The notes below the pieces were generated by a model. The model had not been told where the DNA came from, made no database searches, and saw nothing but the letters and a program-made list of their open reading frames with translations. The position numbers and the translations under genes are program-made. Of a stretch of DNA of 64,000 nucleotides, positions 9,662 through 19,369 are shown one piece after another (the stretch's first letter is position 1; each line of letters begins with the position of its first letter). The stretch is from an uncultured Bacteroidota bacterium (GTDB lineage: Bacteria > Bacteroidota > Bacteroidia > Flavobacteriales > Flavobacteriaceae), in assembly GCA_903902795.1 (NCBI GenBank), contig CAIUWH010000015.1, positions 13,279 to 77,278 on the forward strand, written 5' to 3'.

Positions 9662-10378
9662 ATGAAAAAATTATCCATTATCATTCCGGTCTACAATGAA
9701 GAAAAAACCATTCACTTGATCTTGGATAAAATAAAAGCCGTTTGGCTTCCTAATGGAATGGCTAAAGAAATTATAATCATAGACGATTGCTCGTCGGACG
9801 ACACTATTTCGGCCATAAACAATTACATCACCTCAAATCCTGAAATGGGAATTTTGTTTTTAAAACATCCAAAAAATAAAGGAAAAGGTGCTGCGCTACA
9901 TACTGGAATTTCGAATGCAACGGGCGAATACACCATCATTCAAGACGCCGATTTAGAATACAACCCATCTGAATACGAGATTTTACTGCAACCTGTTTTA
10001 GATGGTTTTGCCGATGTAGTCTATGGCTCGCGATTTATGGGTGGAAACGCACATCGAATTTTATTTTTTTGGCACACCATTGGAAATAAGTTTTTGACGT
10101 TTTTATCCAATATGTTCAGCAACATGAACTTAACCGACATGGAAACCTGCTACAAACTTTTTAATACACAAATGTTGCAATCGTTGAAACTTAAAGAAAA
10201 TCGATTTGGATTTGAACCGGAAGTTACGGCAAAAATTGCACGAATACCACAGATTAGAATTTATGAAGTTGGAATTTCGTACTACGGACGAACCTATGAA
10301 GAAGGGAAAAAAATCAACTGGAAAGACGGCTTTCATGCCATTTATTGTATTATTAAATACGGACTTTTACGATTATAA
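9662..10378 (+). CDS. GT2 glycosyltransferase (polyprenol-phosphate glycosyltransferase-like)
   Basis: LSIIIPVYNE, IIDDCSSD, NKGKGAAL, QDADLEY, DMETCYK, FGFEPEVT; probable start MKKLS at 9662. Confidence 0.9.
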   Translation: MKKLSIIIPVYNEEKTIHLILDKIKAVWLPNGMAKEIIIIDDCSSDDTISAINNYITSNPEMGILFLKHPKNKGKGAALHTGISNATGEYTIIQDADLEYNPSEYEILLQPVLDGFADVVYGSRFMGGNAHRILFFWHTIGNKFLTFLSNMFSNMNLTDMETCYKLFNTQMLQSLKLKENRFGFEPEVTAKIARIPQIRIYEVGISYYGRTYEEGKKINWKDGFHAIYCIIKYGLLRL

Positions 10379-11275
10379 ATGATATCTATTTTAATTCCAT
10401 GCTACGATTATTCGGTTTACAACTTAGTTTGTGAACTTAAAAATCAGTGCGACACAGTAGCTGTGGAATATGAAGTTATTTGTCAAGATGACGCTTCTGG
10501 TTCGGAATTAAATCGTGAAAACGAAAAAATAAATGCACTTCACAACTGTTTTTTTTACAGCAATACAGAAAATTTGGGGCGTGGAAAAAATAGAAATTCG
10601 CTAGCACTACAAGCAAAATACGATTGGTTGTTGTTTTTGGATTGTGATACGAAACCAACCACTTCATCCTTTATCCAAAACTACCTGAACGCAATTGAGA
10701 ACCTCAAAATTTCAGCAGTTTTTGGCGGATTAGCTTATGACACAAACCAGCCTAAATCGAATCAATTATTGCGGTGGGTATATGGAAAAAAAAGAGAAGC
10801 CATTGGTTATTTGGAGCGAAAAAAAAATCCGTATGCAACTACTTTAACGTCTAATTTAGTGATTAAAAAAAGTGTTTTTGAATCCATTCGTTTTTCTAAT
10901 TCCATCACGCAATATGGCTATGAGGACGCACTTTTTATCGCCAATTTAAAAAAGCAAAACATACACATTGAACACATCGACAATGCTGTTTTTCATCTCA
11001 ACTTAGAAACTTCACTCCTATTTTTAGAAAAAACAAAAGTGGCACTTAATAATTTGGTTGATTTATCAGAACAAGGCGATTTTTCCGAGAAGGAAAGTAA
11101 ATTGATTACTCAGTACAATCGGCTGAAAAAATTAGGGTTGGCTGCACTTACTGGTCGATTATTCAGGTTTTTTGAGTCGGTTTTGCAATCCAATTTGGTT
11201 TCAAAAAATCCTAAATTAGTCCTGTTTGATTTGTATAAATTGGGTTATTTCTGCCAGAAAAAATCACGTTTATGA
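10379..11275 (+). CDS. GT2 glycosyltransferase
   Basis: ISILIPCYD, QDDASG, LFLDCD (DxD), YGYED. Confidence 0.85.
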   Translation: MISILIPCYDYSVYNLVCELKNQCDTVAVEYEVICQDDASGSELNRENEKINALHNCFFYSNTENLGRGKNRNSLALQAKYDWLLFLDCDTKPTTSSFIQNYLNAIENLKISAVFGGLAYDTNQPKSNQLLRWVYGKKREAIGYLERKKNPYATTLTSNLVIKKSVFESIRFSNSITQYGYEDALFIANLKKQNIHIEHIDNAVFHLNLETSLLFLEKTKVALNNLVDLSEQGDFSEKESKLITQYNRLKKLGLAALTGRLFRFFESVLQSNLVSKNPKLVLFDLYKLGYFCQKKSRL

Positions 11276-12373
11276 TTGAACTGCAATCGAACTAAAAAAC
11301 TGGTTCCATTGTTCCATAATGATTTCCAAAGTATATCTCTGAATGTTTTCTTGGGCTCGAATACCCATTTTTTTTCTCAGCAATTCATCTTCAATTAATG
11401 CATTCAGTTGTGATGCGAACCGCTCACTATTTCCATCTTCAATTAGAAAACCATCTTCATTATTGGTGATGATAGACCTTGGACCGATTGGACAATCAAA
11501 AGCTACAACGGGTAATCTGCAACTCATCGCCTCTAATAAAACCATCGGGAAACCTTCACAGCGAGAAGTCATTACCAAAATTGAAGCGTTTGCATACTTG
11601 TTTTGAATATCGATTACAGGAGTAAAAAAACGAATGCTAGAATCAATTTTCATTTGTTTGGCTGCCTTTTTGTACGTTTCGGAAGCGTCAATCTTTCCAT
11701 AGATTTCGAGCGTCCAATCGGGATGCTTTTGATGGACATTCTTCCAAATGGATAACAAGCGATCGATTCCTTTTTCGTGCGAATGTCTTCCTACAAAAAT
11801 GACGATTTTCGACTCATTTGTGGACGAAACGTTTGAATTAAAAACCAACGGATTTGATATAATTATTGGAGTTATGTTGTTCCACTCTGCGGCGCTTTCT
11901 TTGGATAAAGCAACAAAGCGATCAAACTTTTGCGCGCCGAAATTTCGAAGTTTGTATTTACAACTATGAAGAAAATTGGAAACCCAATTAGATGAATGTC
12001 GAAATTCTTCATTGTACTTCGAACCATGAACTTCAAAAACAAGTGGGATTTTCGTAGCAACGAGAAGTGGAAAAAGAAAACCTTTCAATCCGTTATCACA
12101 TACTACAATCACATCCGGTTGAAACGAAAGAATCCACTTTTGAACGTTCTTTTTGTAGGCGAAAATCAGTGAAACTCGATTAGTTGGTAGCGCAACATCG
12201 AAGAGTTGAATGTTTGCATTGAAATCGAAAAACAAATTTGTATTCCCTTGATTTTGGGTACCGATGGCAATTTCATAACCCCATTTTTGAATTAAGTAAC
12301 TAGTTTTGATAGCGAGTACTCGCGCCACTCCACCTTCATCATTAATTCTGGGAGTTAAGTACAGAATTTTCAT
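11270..12373 (-). CDS. GT4 glycosyltransferase
   Basis: GGVARVL, VGRHSHEKG, SRCEGFPMVLLEAM, DCPIGPRSII. Confidence 0.9.
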   Translation of the reverse strand: MKILYLTPRINDEGGVARVLAIKTSYLIQKWGYEIAIGTQNQGNTNLFFDFNANIQLFDVALPTNRVSLIFAYKKNVQKWILSFQPDVIVVCDNGLKGFLFPLLVATKIPLVFEVHGSKYNEEFRHSSNWVSNFLHSCKYKLRNFGAQKFDRFVALSKESAAEWNNITPIIISNPLVFNSNVSSTNESKIVIFVGRHSHEKGIDRLLSIWKNVHQKHPDWTLEIYGKIDASETYKKAAKQMKIDSSIRFFTPVIDIQNKYANASILVMTSRCEGFPMVLLEAMSCRLPVVAFDCPIGPRSIITNNEDGFLIEDGNSERFASQLNALIEDELLRKKMGIRAQENIQRYTLEIIMEQWNQFFSSIAVQS

Positions 12374-12762
12374 CGTACAGTAGCTAGAAATTCGTCGAAA
12401 TCCCGAATGTAATCCTCTTCACTAAAAACCTCAGAGGCCAAAACCAAACACACCGAACCTGAGGAAAAATTTTCTAATTCACGCCAAGTATTATTGTTGA
12501 TTAACAAGCCAAGGTTGGGTTTATTCAGCGTAACCGTTTCTATGTTTTTTCCGTCGTTCAAGACTACATCAAAACTACCAGACAACGCAATTAGCAACTG
12601 TTTTAAGTTCTTATGTGCGTGTCCGCCACGTTTAGAAGAACTGGGAACATCAAACAAATAGTAGACGCGTTTAATGTCAAAAGGAATCGTGTCGTTCTCG
12701 ATTACGCCGATATTCCCTTTGCTATTCACTATTTCGGGTATTTTGATAAATTCTAAATCCAT
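12370..12762 (-). CDS. FdtA/QdtA-family sugar 3,4-ketoisomerase (cupin)
   Basis: PFDIKRVYYL, RGGHAHK, VCLVLASE...DYIRD motifs. Confidence 0.9.
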   Translation of the reverse strand: MDLEFIKIPEIVNSKGNIGVIENDTIPFDIKRVYYLFDVPSSSKRGGHAHKNLKQLLIALSGSFDVVLNDGKNIETVTLNKPNLGLLINNNTWRELENFSSGSVCLVLASEVFSEEDYIRDFDEFLATVR

Positions 12763-12763
12763 T

Positions 12764-13867
12764 TTAGTTGATCTGTAAAAGTTGTAACCATTGGTTCCCG
12801 ATATTTTCTAATGAAAACGGTGAAACACTTTCCTTGGCATTTTGTTTACAATGATAGTATAATTTTTCATTAAAAACCATTTCATTCATGGCTTCAATTA
12901 GTTTTTCGTGATTTTGATTGTCGACTAAGAGTCCGTTTTCTCGATCTGCAATGATTTCACTCGGCCCCGATTGACAATCGAAGGCAACTATTGGGGTTCC
13001 ACACGCTAATGATTCTAATAACACCGTCGGAAAACCTTCATTTTTACTTGTTAAAACGGTAAACAAAGCATGTTTAAAATACGGAAACGGGTTGCTTTTC
13101 ATTCCCTTAAAAAGAATTTTATCTTGTAATTCAAGCGATTGTGCTAAGCCTTTCAATTCCAACTGTACTGGTCCATCACCCAAAATAATCAATTTGATAT
13201 TTTTTTCAGGTAAGTGCGACGCAGCATACGAACGAATCAATACATCAAATTGTTTTATGCGATCAGTCATTCGTCCTACAGCCAAAATAAAATTCCCGCT
13301 TTCCTCTATCTTTTCCAGAGATTGCTTTTCTATAGTATCAATGTCTATCGGATTGTAAATCGTTTCCGCTTGACGGTAAGTATACTCTTCTAAAACTTTA
13401 TTTTTAATGGCTTTTGAAACCGTCACTAATTTATAAAAATGAGAGTAGATTTGATTCGCCAGCCACTTGTTTTTCGGAAAATACAATTCGGTCATGTAAC
13501 TGTGAATCAATTTAATAGCAGGCGCTTTATAGATGAATTTCGCAATAAAGAATTCCTGCCATTGCCGATTAACTACTCGGGTATCGATGATAAAATCGAA
13601 GGTGTTTGCTTTGAAAAACGAGCGCAATACTCGGAATCGAAGAATGCGGTCACTGATGTTGAAATAATCTTTTTTGAGTTTGCCTAAATTAAGGACTTCA
13701 CCTGCATATTCATAGGCTATTTTGTCAATGGAAATTACGTGATGCACAGTGCAATTATGTGCCACAAAAAACTGTGACAACAAGGCAGAACAACGCTCTG
13801 CACCGCCACCCGATAATTGTTCGGAAACGATACAAATTCGAAACGACTTTTTTGCAGCGGCACTCAA
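12764..13867 (-). CDS. GT4 glycosyltransferase
   Basis: GGGAER, NPID, VGRM..IKQF, SKNEGFPTVLLESLACG; TTG start. Confidence 0.88.
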   Translation of the reverse strand: MSAAAKKSFRICIVSEQLSGGGAERCSALLSQFFVAHNCTVHHVISIDKIAYEYAGEVLNLGKLKKDYFNISDRILRFRVLRSFFKANTFDFIIDTRVVNRQWQEFFIAKFIYKAPAIKLIHSYMTELYFPKNKWLANQIYSHFYKLVTVSKAIKNKVLEEYTYRQAETIYNPIDIDTIEKQSLEKIEESGNFILAVGRMTDRIKQFDVLIRSYAASHLPEKNIKLIILGDGPVQLELKGLAQSLELQDKILFKGMKSNPFPYFKHALFTVLTSKNEGFPTVLLESLACGTPIVAFDCQSGPSEIIADRENGLLVDNQNHEKLIEAMNEMVFNEKLYYHCKQNAKESVSPFSLENIGNQWLQLLQIN

Positions 13868-13902
13868 ATTTTGATTATTTTAGCAACAAATATAAACAAT
13901 AA

Positions 13903-15042
13903 GTGAGAATATTATTAGTTGGCGAGTTCAGTCGATTACACAATTCGTTAAAAGAAGGATTGGTGGCACTTGGTCACGAAGTGCTGATTGTTGGCAACGG
14001 CGATGGTTTCAAAAACTACCCAGTAGATTTTTCTACCAAAGCCAAATGGTCGGAAAGCAAAGTGGGCTCATTTGTACGAAAAGTGCTCTTTAAACTCACC
14101 ACTATTGATGTGGCAAAAATTGAATTTGGCATTCGATTTTATAAGTATCTGCCACAATTCAAAAATTTTGATGCAGTTCAGTTAATCAACGAAGCTCCGA
14201 TTCAAACGTTGCCTTGGATGGAACGATTTCTATTGCGACGTATTTTTCAAAAAAATAAACAGGTTTTTCTCTTGGTTTGCGGAGTAGATTACACGATTGC
14301 ACACTATATGATAGAAAAGAAAGTGCGTTATACCATCATGGATCCGTATTTTGAAAACCCCAAATTGTCTAACGAATACCGTTATATTTTTGAGTTTCTG
14401 ACTAAAAATCACAAAAAAACACACGAATTAGTCTACGAAAATATTCAAGGCGTTATTGCTTCTGATATCGATTATTTATTTCCAATGCAGAATCACCCCA
14501 AGTTTTTAGGGTTGATTCCGAATCCGATTAACACCGCTGCAATCGAATATATTCCACTATCTACAAATGGTGCTTTGACTATTTTTTTAGGAATTAATAG
14601 AAGCACGTATCATTCGAAAGGAATTTCTTTTTTTGAAAAGGCGTTGGAACTAGTTGACCAAAAATATGGTAATCGTATTCATATTATCACAGCCGAAAAC
14701 CTTCCGTATAAAGAATACATTGAGAAATTCAATACAGCGCACATCGTTTTAGATCAAGTGTTTTCATTAGACCAAGGCTACAATGCATTGGAAGCAATGG
14801 CCAAAGGAAAAGTAGTATTTACAGGCGCTGAAGCAGAATTTAACAAGCACTATCAACTGACTGAAAGAGTAGCGATAAATGCGTTGCCTAATGTAGATTT
14901 GATAGTAAAAGAATTATCCTATTTAATCGAACATCCCGAGGAAATTTCTGCTATGGGAAAACGAGCGCGTGCCTTTATTGAGCAGGAACATGATCATGTA
15001 AAAATAGCTGCCAAATACATCAAGATTTGGAACGCTCAATAA
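13903..15042 (+). CDS. GT-B fold glycosyltransferase
   Basis: MRILLVGEFSRLHNSLKEGL N-terminus; DQVFSLDQGYNALEAMAKGK C-terminal motif. Confidence 0.75.
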   Translation: MRILLVGEFSRLHNSLKEGLVALGHEVLIVGNGDGFKNYPVDFSTKAKWSESKVGSFVRKVLFKLTTIDVAKIEFGIRFYKYLPQFKNFDAVQLINEAPIQTLPWMERFLLRRIFQKNKQVFLLVCGVDYTIAHYMIEKKVRYTIMDPYFENPKLSNEYRYIFEFLTKNHKKTHELVYENIQGVIASDIDYLFPMQNHPKFLGLIPNPINTAAIEYIPLSTNGALTIFLGINRSTYHSKGISFFEKALELVDQKYGNRIHIITAENLPYKEYIEKFNTAHIVLDQVFSLDQGYNALEAMAKGKVVFTGAEAEFNKHYQLTERVAINALPNVDLIVKELSYLIEHPEEISAMGKRARAFIEQEHDHVKIAAKYIKIWNAQ

Positions 15043-15043
15043 G

Positions 15044-16318
15044 CTACAACAAGCTTTTTCTAAAATAGATTATCAAGCTTATTAAGTAAACAAAATAGGT
15101 GAACGCGTGAGCGATGACCACGCCTTCTAATTGGTAGATGGAGAGGAAATAAAAACTACTGCAATACAACACTAGCAAAGAGAATAATTCCGAAACGATA
15201 AATGCTTTAGTTAACTTTTGAGCAAAAAATTGGATTCCCAGAATAAGTGATGCCGCTTTAAATGTGTCGCCCACCAATTGCCAGTAAAACAGCTTTGACA
15301 TCGGTTTAAATTCGGCTGTGAATAGTACGTCGATTATGAAATCTCTTGAGAAATAAATTATAACCAACGCCAAAATAAACACCGGAAGTATCCCTTTATA
15401 GTAACTAAAAAATAATGATTTTGTTTCTTGCTGTGTTTGAGCAACCGATAGTTTCGGCAAAAAATACAGCGAAACAATCGACGTAATAAACATAAAATAA
15501 TAGGATGATATTCGGTTCAATGCTTCCCAATATCCGGCATTGTCAATTCCGTTGTTCTGAATTATAGTATTTCGGATAGCCAAATAAACAATTGGTCCGA
15601 TTACTGATGAAACCAAAACCATCAAAGAAAAAGCGGACAAATTTTTTACAATTGAAAAATCAAAGAATTGGAATTTAACAGCACTGAATAGCTTAACTTC
15701 TCTATTTAATGCCGCGTATGAAACAAAAAACAAGAGCGATGGTGTCAGTACAATTCCGAGCAAAGCTCCATCGATTTTAAACTTCCAAATTAGAAGAACG
15801 GTTGCTAATAGACCTATTACATTTCCAATTATGTTGATGTAAATCACCCTTCTAAATAAACTAAATCCGTTTATTACAGCAATTAAAACTATGGTTCCAA
15901 CATAAAACGGCATAGCTAACGCCATGACTTCAAAAATAAATGAAAAGTGATAATTCAACCCAAAAACAGCTACGCTCAGGTGGTTAGAAAAAACAAACAA
16001 TCCAATTCCTAAAACAAAAGAACTGATCAAAACACTTATAAAAATAGTCGAAACAGTGCGCTTTAACTTCAAATCATCTTGGTTACACTCGGCGATGTAT
16101 TTGACGATTCCATTTTGGAATCCAAGCGTTCCAAAGGATTCGACAGTGGTTAAGAAATTACGTAAATTTCCTACCAAAGCCATTCCACTCGGACCTAAAA
16201 ATAATGCTATGAATTTCGAAGTAATGAATCCGATAGCAATTTTTATAAGTATGCTAATGCCGTTTAGAGAAGCAACTTTAAACAGCGATCCAGATAGTAT
16301 TTCTTTGATTGGCGTCAA
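15044..16318 (-). CDS. O-antigen/oligosaccharide flippase (WzxE-like)
   Basis: About 12 TM segments; LGPSGMALVGNLRNF, GFQNGIVKY, WQLVGDTFK motifs. Confidence 0.85.
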   Translation of the reverse strand: MTPIKEILSGSLFKVASLNGISILIKIAIGFITSKFIALFLGPSGMALVGNLRNFLTTVESFGTLGFQNGIVKYIAECNQDDLKLKRTVSTIFISVLISSFVLGIGLFVFSNHLSVAVFGLNYHFSFIFEVMALAMPFYVGTIVLIAVINGFSLFRRVIYINIIGNVIGLLATVLLIWKFKIDGALLGIVLTPSLLFFVSYAALNREVKLFSAVKFQFFDFSIVKNLSAFSLMVLVSSVIGPIVYLAIRNTIIQNNGIDNAGYWEALNRISSYYFMFITSIVSLYFLPKLSVAQTQQETKSLFFSYYKGILPVFILALVIIYFSRDFIIDVLFTAEFKPMSKLFYWQLVGDTFKAASLILGIQFFAQKLTKAFIVSELFSLLVLYCSSFYFLSIYQLEGVVIAHAFTYFVYLISLIIYFRKSLL

Positions 16319-17416
16319 TTAATATTGATTTAGAGTATGGATCACAGCGTCTACTTCTTCATTGGTTAGAATCGGATTCATGGGCAAACTCAGTACTTCG
16401 TTGTGGATTCGCTCTGTAATTGGAAACGAAAGATGATTCCACTGTGAAAGCGCTTTTTGTTTATGAGACGCAACTGGATAATGAATCAAAGTTTCGATTC
16501 CGTTCTGTTCTAAATAACGCTGTAACTCATTTCGATTTGCAGTTCGGATCACAAACAAATGAAACACATGATTGGACGAAAAATCCCAAAACGGAAGCTT
16601 AATTTTATCATTCTTGATTTCAGAAAGATACCGCTTCGCAATGACTTTTCGACGTTCGTTTTCGGTATCCAAATAAGGCAATTTCACATTCAAAAAAGCC
16701 GCTTGTATTTCGTCTAAACGCGAATTTACCCCGATTAATTCATTGTGGTATTTTTTTTCTGAACCGTAATTTCTAAGCGAATAAATTGTTTTGGCAAGCT
16801 GTTCATCATTGGTCACCACCGCACCGGCATCGCCCAGAGCACCTAAATTTTTTCCGGGATAAAAACTGTATGCTTGTGTTGTTGGGTATGTGTTTTGTAG
16901 TGCATTCTGATTTACTGCGCCATGAGACTGCGCCGCATCTTCTACAATTACTAAATTGTGTTTTGCAGCAATCATGTTAATCGCCTGCATATCGGCTAAT
17001 TGTCCGTATAAATGCACCGCTAAAATTCCTTTGGTTTTAGAAGTGATTTTTTCCTTAATCAAAGTAGGATCTAAATTAAAGGTTGCCTCATCGGGTTCAA
17101 CCAAAACTGGAACCAAATCGGCTTGTAAAATGGCTAATATACTAGCAATATAGGTGTTTGCTGGAACTATAATTTCATCTCCTTTTGATAAAACTCCCAA
17201 GGCAATATTGGCTTTAAAAATAAGAACCATAGCATCTAAACCGTTTCCGACTCCGATACAATACTTTCTACCACAGTAGGCTGCAAAACTTTTCTCAAAA
17301 ACCTCGACTTCATTTCCCATTATAAACCAACCTTTATCCAAAACCGATTTCAATTTTCGTTGAAATTCATCCTGATACTGAGCGTTTATTTTTTGTAAAT
17401 CGAGAAATTTTATCAT
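16319..17416 (-). CDS. DegT/DnrJ/EryC1/StrS aminotransferase (FdtB-like)
   Basis: [42 protein letters not shown]. Confidence 0.92.
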   Translation of the reverse strand: MIKFLDLQKINAQYQDEFQRKLKSVLDKGWFIMGNEVEVFEKSFAAYCGRKYCIGVGNGLDAMVLIFKANIALGVLSKGDEIIVPANTYIASILAILQADLVPVLVEPDEATFNLDPTLIKEKITSKTKGILAVHLYGQLADMQAINMIAAKHNLVIVEDAAQSHGAVNQNALQNTYPTTQAYSFYPGKNLGALGDAGAVVTNDEQLAKTIYSLRNYGSEKKYHNELIGVNSRLDEIQAAFLNVKLPYLDTENERRKVIAKRYLSEIKNDKIKLPFWDFSSNHVFHLFVIRTANRNELQRYLEQNGIETLIHYPVASHKQKALSQWNHLSFPITERIHNEVLSLPMNPILTNEEVDAVIHTLNQY

Positions 17417-17417
17417 A

Positions 17418-18389
17418 TCAAATCGATTCTAATTTAGTATAATTTGAAGTTGTAAAACGCAAAAATTGTTGCACTGTGGTTTTGGCACCGAAACTTTCTT
17501 TCCAATAGGCCAACCCTTCGTTTAGTTTCAAACCATTATTTTCAGAAGAACTACCAAAACTAACATACCTTTTATTGCTGTACTTTTGGATGATGAAATC
17601 GAACAACACGTCTAAAGCCGCAGTATCATTTCGATCGTTAGCACCCGAACTGTATTGAAAATGAGCAACAGTCTCCGTCAAAAACATTACTACTCCGGCC
17701 TTGATTATACCGTTTTGATAGGCATTAAAAAGTTTGATTTCGTCCGGAAATACTTTCGCCAACTGCTTGATTTCGGCTACCGAATGAACAGGCTGAATTC
17801 CGAATCGTTCGTTCAGATTGGGAATTAGAATCTGATTCCAAAACGAATCATAGTCGCTTTCTTCTTTGATTTCGATGCACAATTTTTCAGCTACTTTTAA
17901 AGCTCTAGTTCTGTTTCTATTGGGTTTATATTCAGATCTGCAATCGATGGCTAAATAGACATCAGAACGAAAGCATTCGGCTTGCATCAGAAAAGCAACT
18001 TGGTCAATTTCGTCGGCAATGGTTTGATTGTAAATCTTGGGAAGCACTTTAATTTCTAAAAAATTAATTCCGCTTTCATTTAAGAATTTACATATTTCTT
18101 TTACCAATAAAAAATAGTCTTTTATTCGAATGTCTTCACCAACCACCAAAGAGCCATAACTCAAACCTTGATGCGAATACAAGGTGTTTTCTACGCGATT
18201 AGCAGGCAAAACAGCCAACAGTTTTTCTTCGTCAAAAATCAGTAAAGAATAATCCTCAAAGCGATCGCTGTGGTACTCCATAAAATGACGATGAAACAAA
18301 AAAGTAGCATTTTTTGCTTTCGAAATAAAATTATTCCAAAGGACAAAATCTTCATTTTTGTAGCATCTTATTTGATAATGTTTCACCAT
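17418..18389 (-). CDS. FemAB-like / GNAT acyltransferase
   Basis: [35 protein letters not shown] motifs of the Fem-like GNAT family found in Bacteroidota glycan loci. Confidence 0.7.
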   Translation of the reverse strand: MVKHYQIRCYKNEDFVLWNNFISKAKNATFLFHRHFMEYHSDRFEDYSLLIFDEEKLLAVLPANRVENTLYSHQGLSYGSLVVGEDIRIKDYFLLVKEICKFLNESGINFLEIKVLPKIYNQTIADEIDQVAFLMQAECFRSDVYLAIDCRSEYKPNRNRTRALKVAEKLCIEIKEESDYDSFWNQILIPNLNERFGIQPVHSVAEIKQLAKVFPDEIKLFNAYQNGIIKAGVVMFLTETVAHFQYSSGANDRNDTAALDVLFDFIIQKYSNKRYVSFGSSSENNGLKLNEGLAYWKESFGAKTTVQQFLRFTTSNYTKLESI

Positions 18390-18416
18390 ATGTTGTAACG
18401 TGCCAAAAGCATATAA

Positions 18417-19184
18417 TTATTCAAATATGATATATCCTGCATTAGCTCTAAAAGCTGAATGATGTATTCTAAAGTTCTTTGACCCCAAAACTTCCCTAAG
18501 AGCTTGAGTCTCTCCAGGAAACTCTTGAACGTTGATTTCATCAAAAGCAATAATAGCTCCTTTTGATAGATATGGAATTATTCGTTCCAAACAATCTTTG
18601 GTTGGCTTGTAAATATCAAAATCAAAATAAGCAAGTGAAATAATCGTTTCAGGGTGCGATTTTAAATATTCATCAATAGTGACGCTTGCATCGCCTTTTA
18701 CAAAAGAATGTTTTTTTATAGTTGAAATGGGCGCCATTTGCTCATGAACGTCAATAATTTCAGCGAGGAAATCTTCATACTTTTCCGGAACGCCAAAATC
18801 ACCTTCTTTCCATTGATCGGTATCATTTTTGGTATTCACACTCGGAAAACCCTCACAAGTATCAAACCCAACAATTTTCCTATTGTGATTATAAGGCTCA
18901 TAAATCCCTCTAAAACTAGTAAACAGAGATATATTTTGTCCATATCTCACTCCAAATTCAAAAATGGTTCCATGCATATTCATCATCTTTTGATACAATT
19001 CGTTGATGTACAAAAAACGAGATAGTGTTCTTCTATCTATAAAGAGACCAATATTATTAAAAAGCTCTTCTGCGGGAATGGGCGATTCATAAAATAATTC
19101 CTGCAAGCGATTTCTATGGGTAACATCTGATGAATTATATAAATTGTTTATAATTACTTCGGTCTTTGTATCAACTTTCTTCAT
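18417..19184 (-). CDS. TylF/MycF/NovP-like O-methyltransferase
   Basis: IFEFGVRYG, GFDTCEGFP, LAYFDFDIYKPT, FDE...FPGET motifs. Confidence 0.7.
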   Translation of the reverse strand: MKKVDTKTEVIINNLYNSSDVTHRNRLQELFYESPIPAEELFNNIGLFIDRRTLSRFLYINELYQKMMNMHGTIFEFGVRYGQNISLFTSFRGIYEPYNHNRKIVGFDTCEGFPSVNTKNDTDQWKEGDFGVPEKYEDFLAEIIDVHEQMAPISTIKKHSFVKGDASVTIDEYLKSHPETIISLAYFDFDIYKPTKDCLERIIPYLSKGAIIAFDEINVQEFPGETQALREVLGSKNFRIHHSAFRANAGYIIFE

Positions 19185-19369
19185 CTATTTTTTAATTATA
19201 ACTTACTATTCATTTCTTACCGATAAAATCTACAGTGGATTTGGTTGTTTCTCTACTCTATTTTTAACTCCCGAAAATTACACAATTATTTTAACCTAAT
19301 CATTAGTTCGAAAAAAATTGGTTTTCAAAATATAATTTGTATTTTTAGACTCACTATCAATCCAATACA

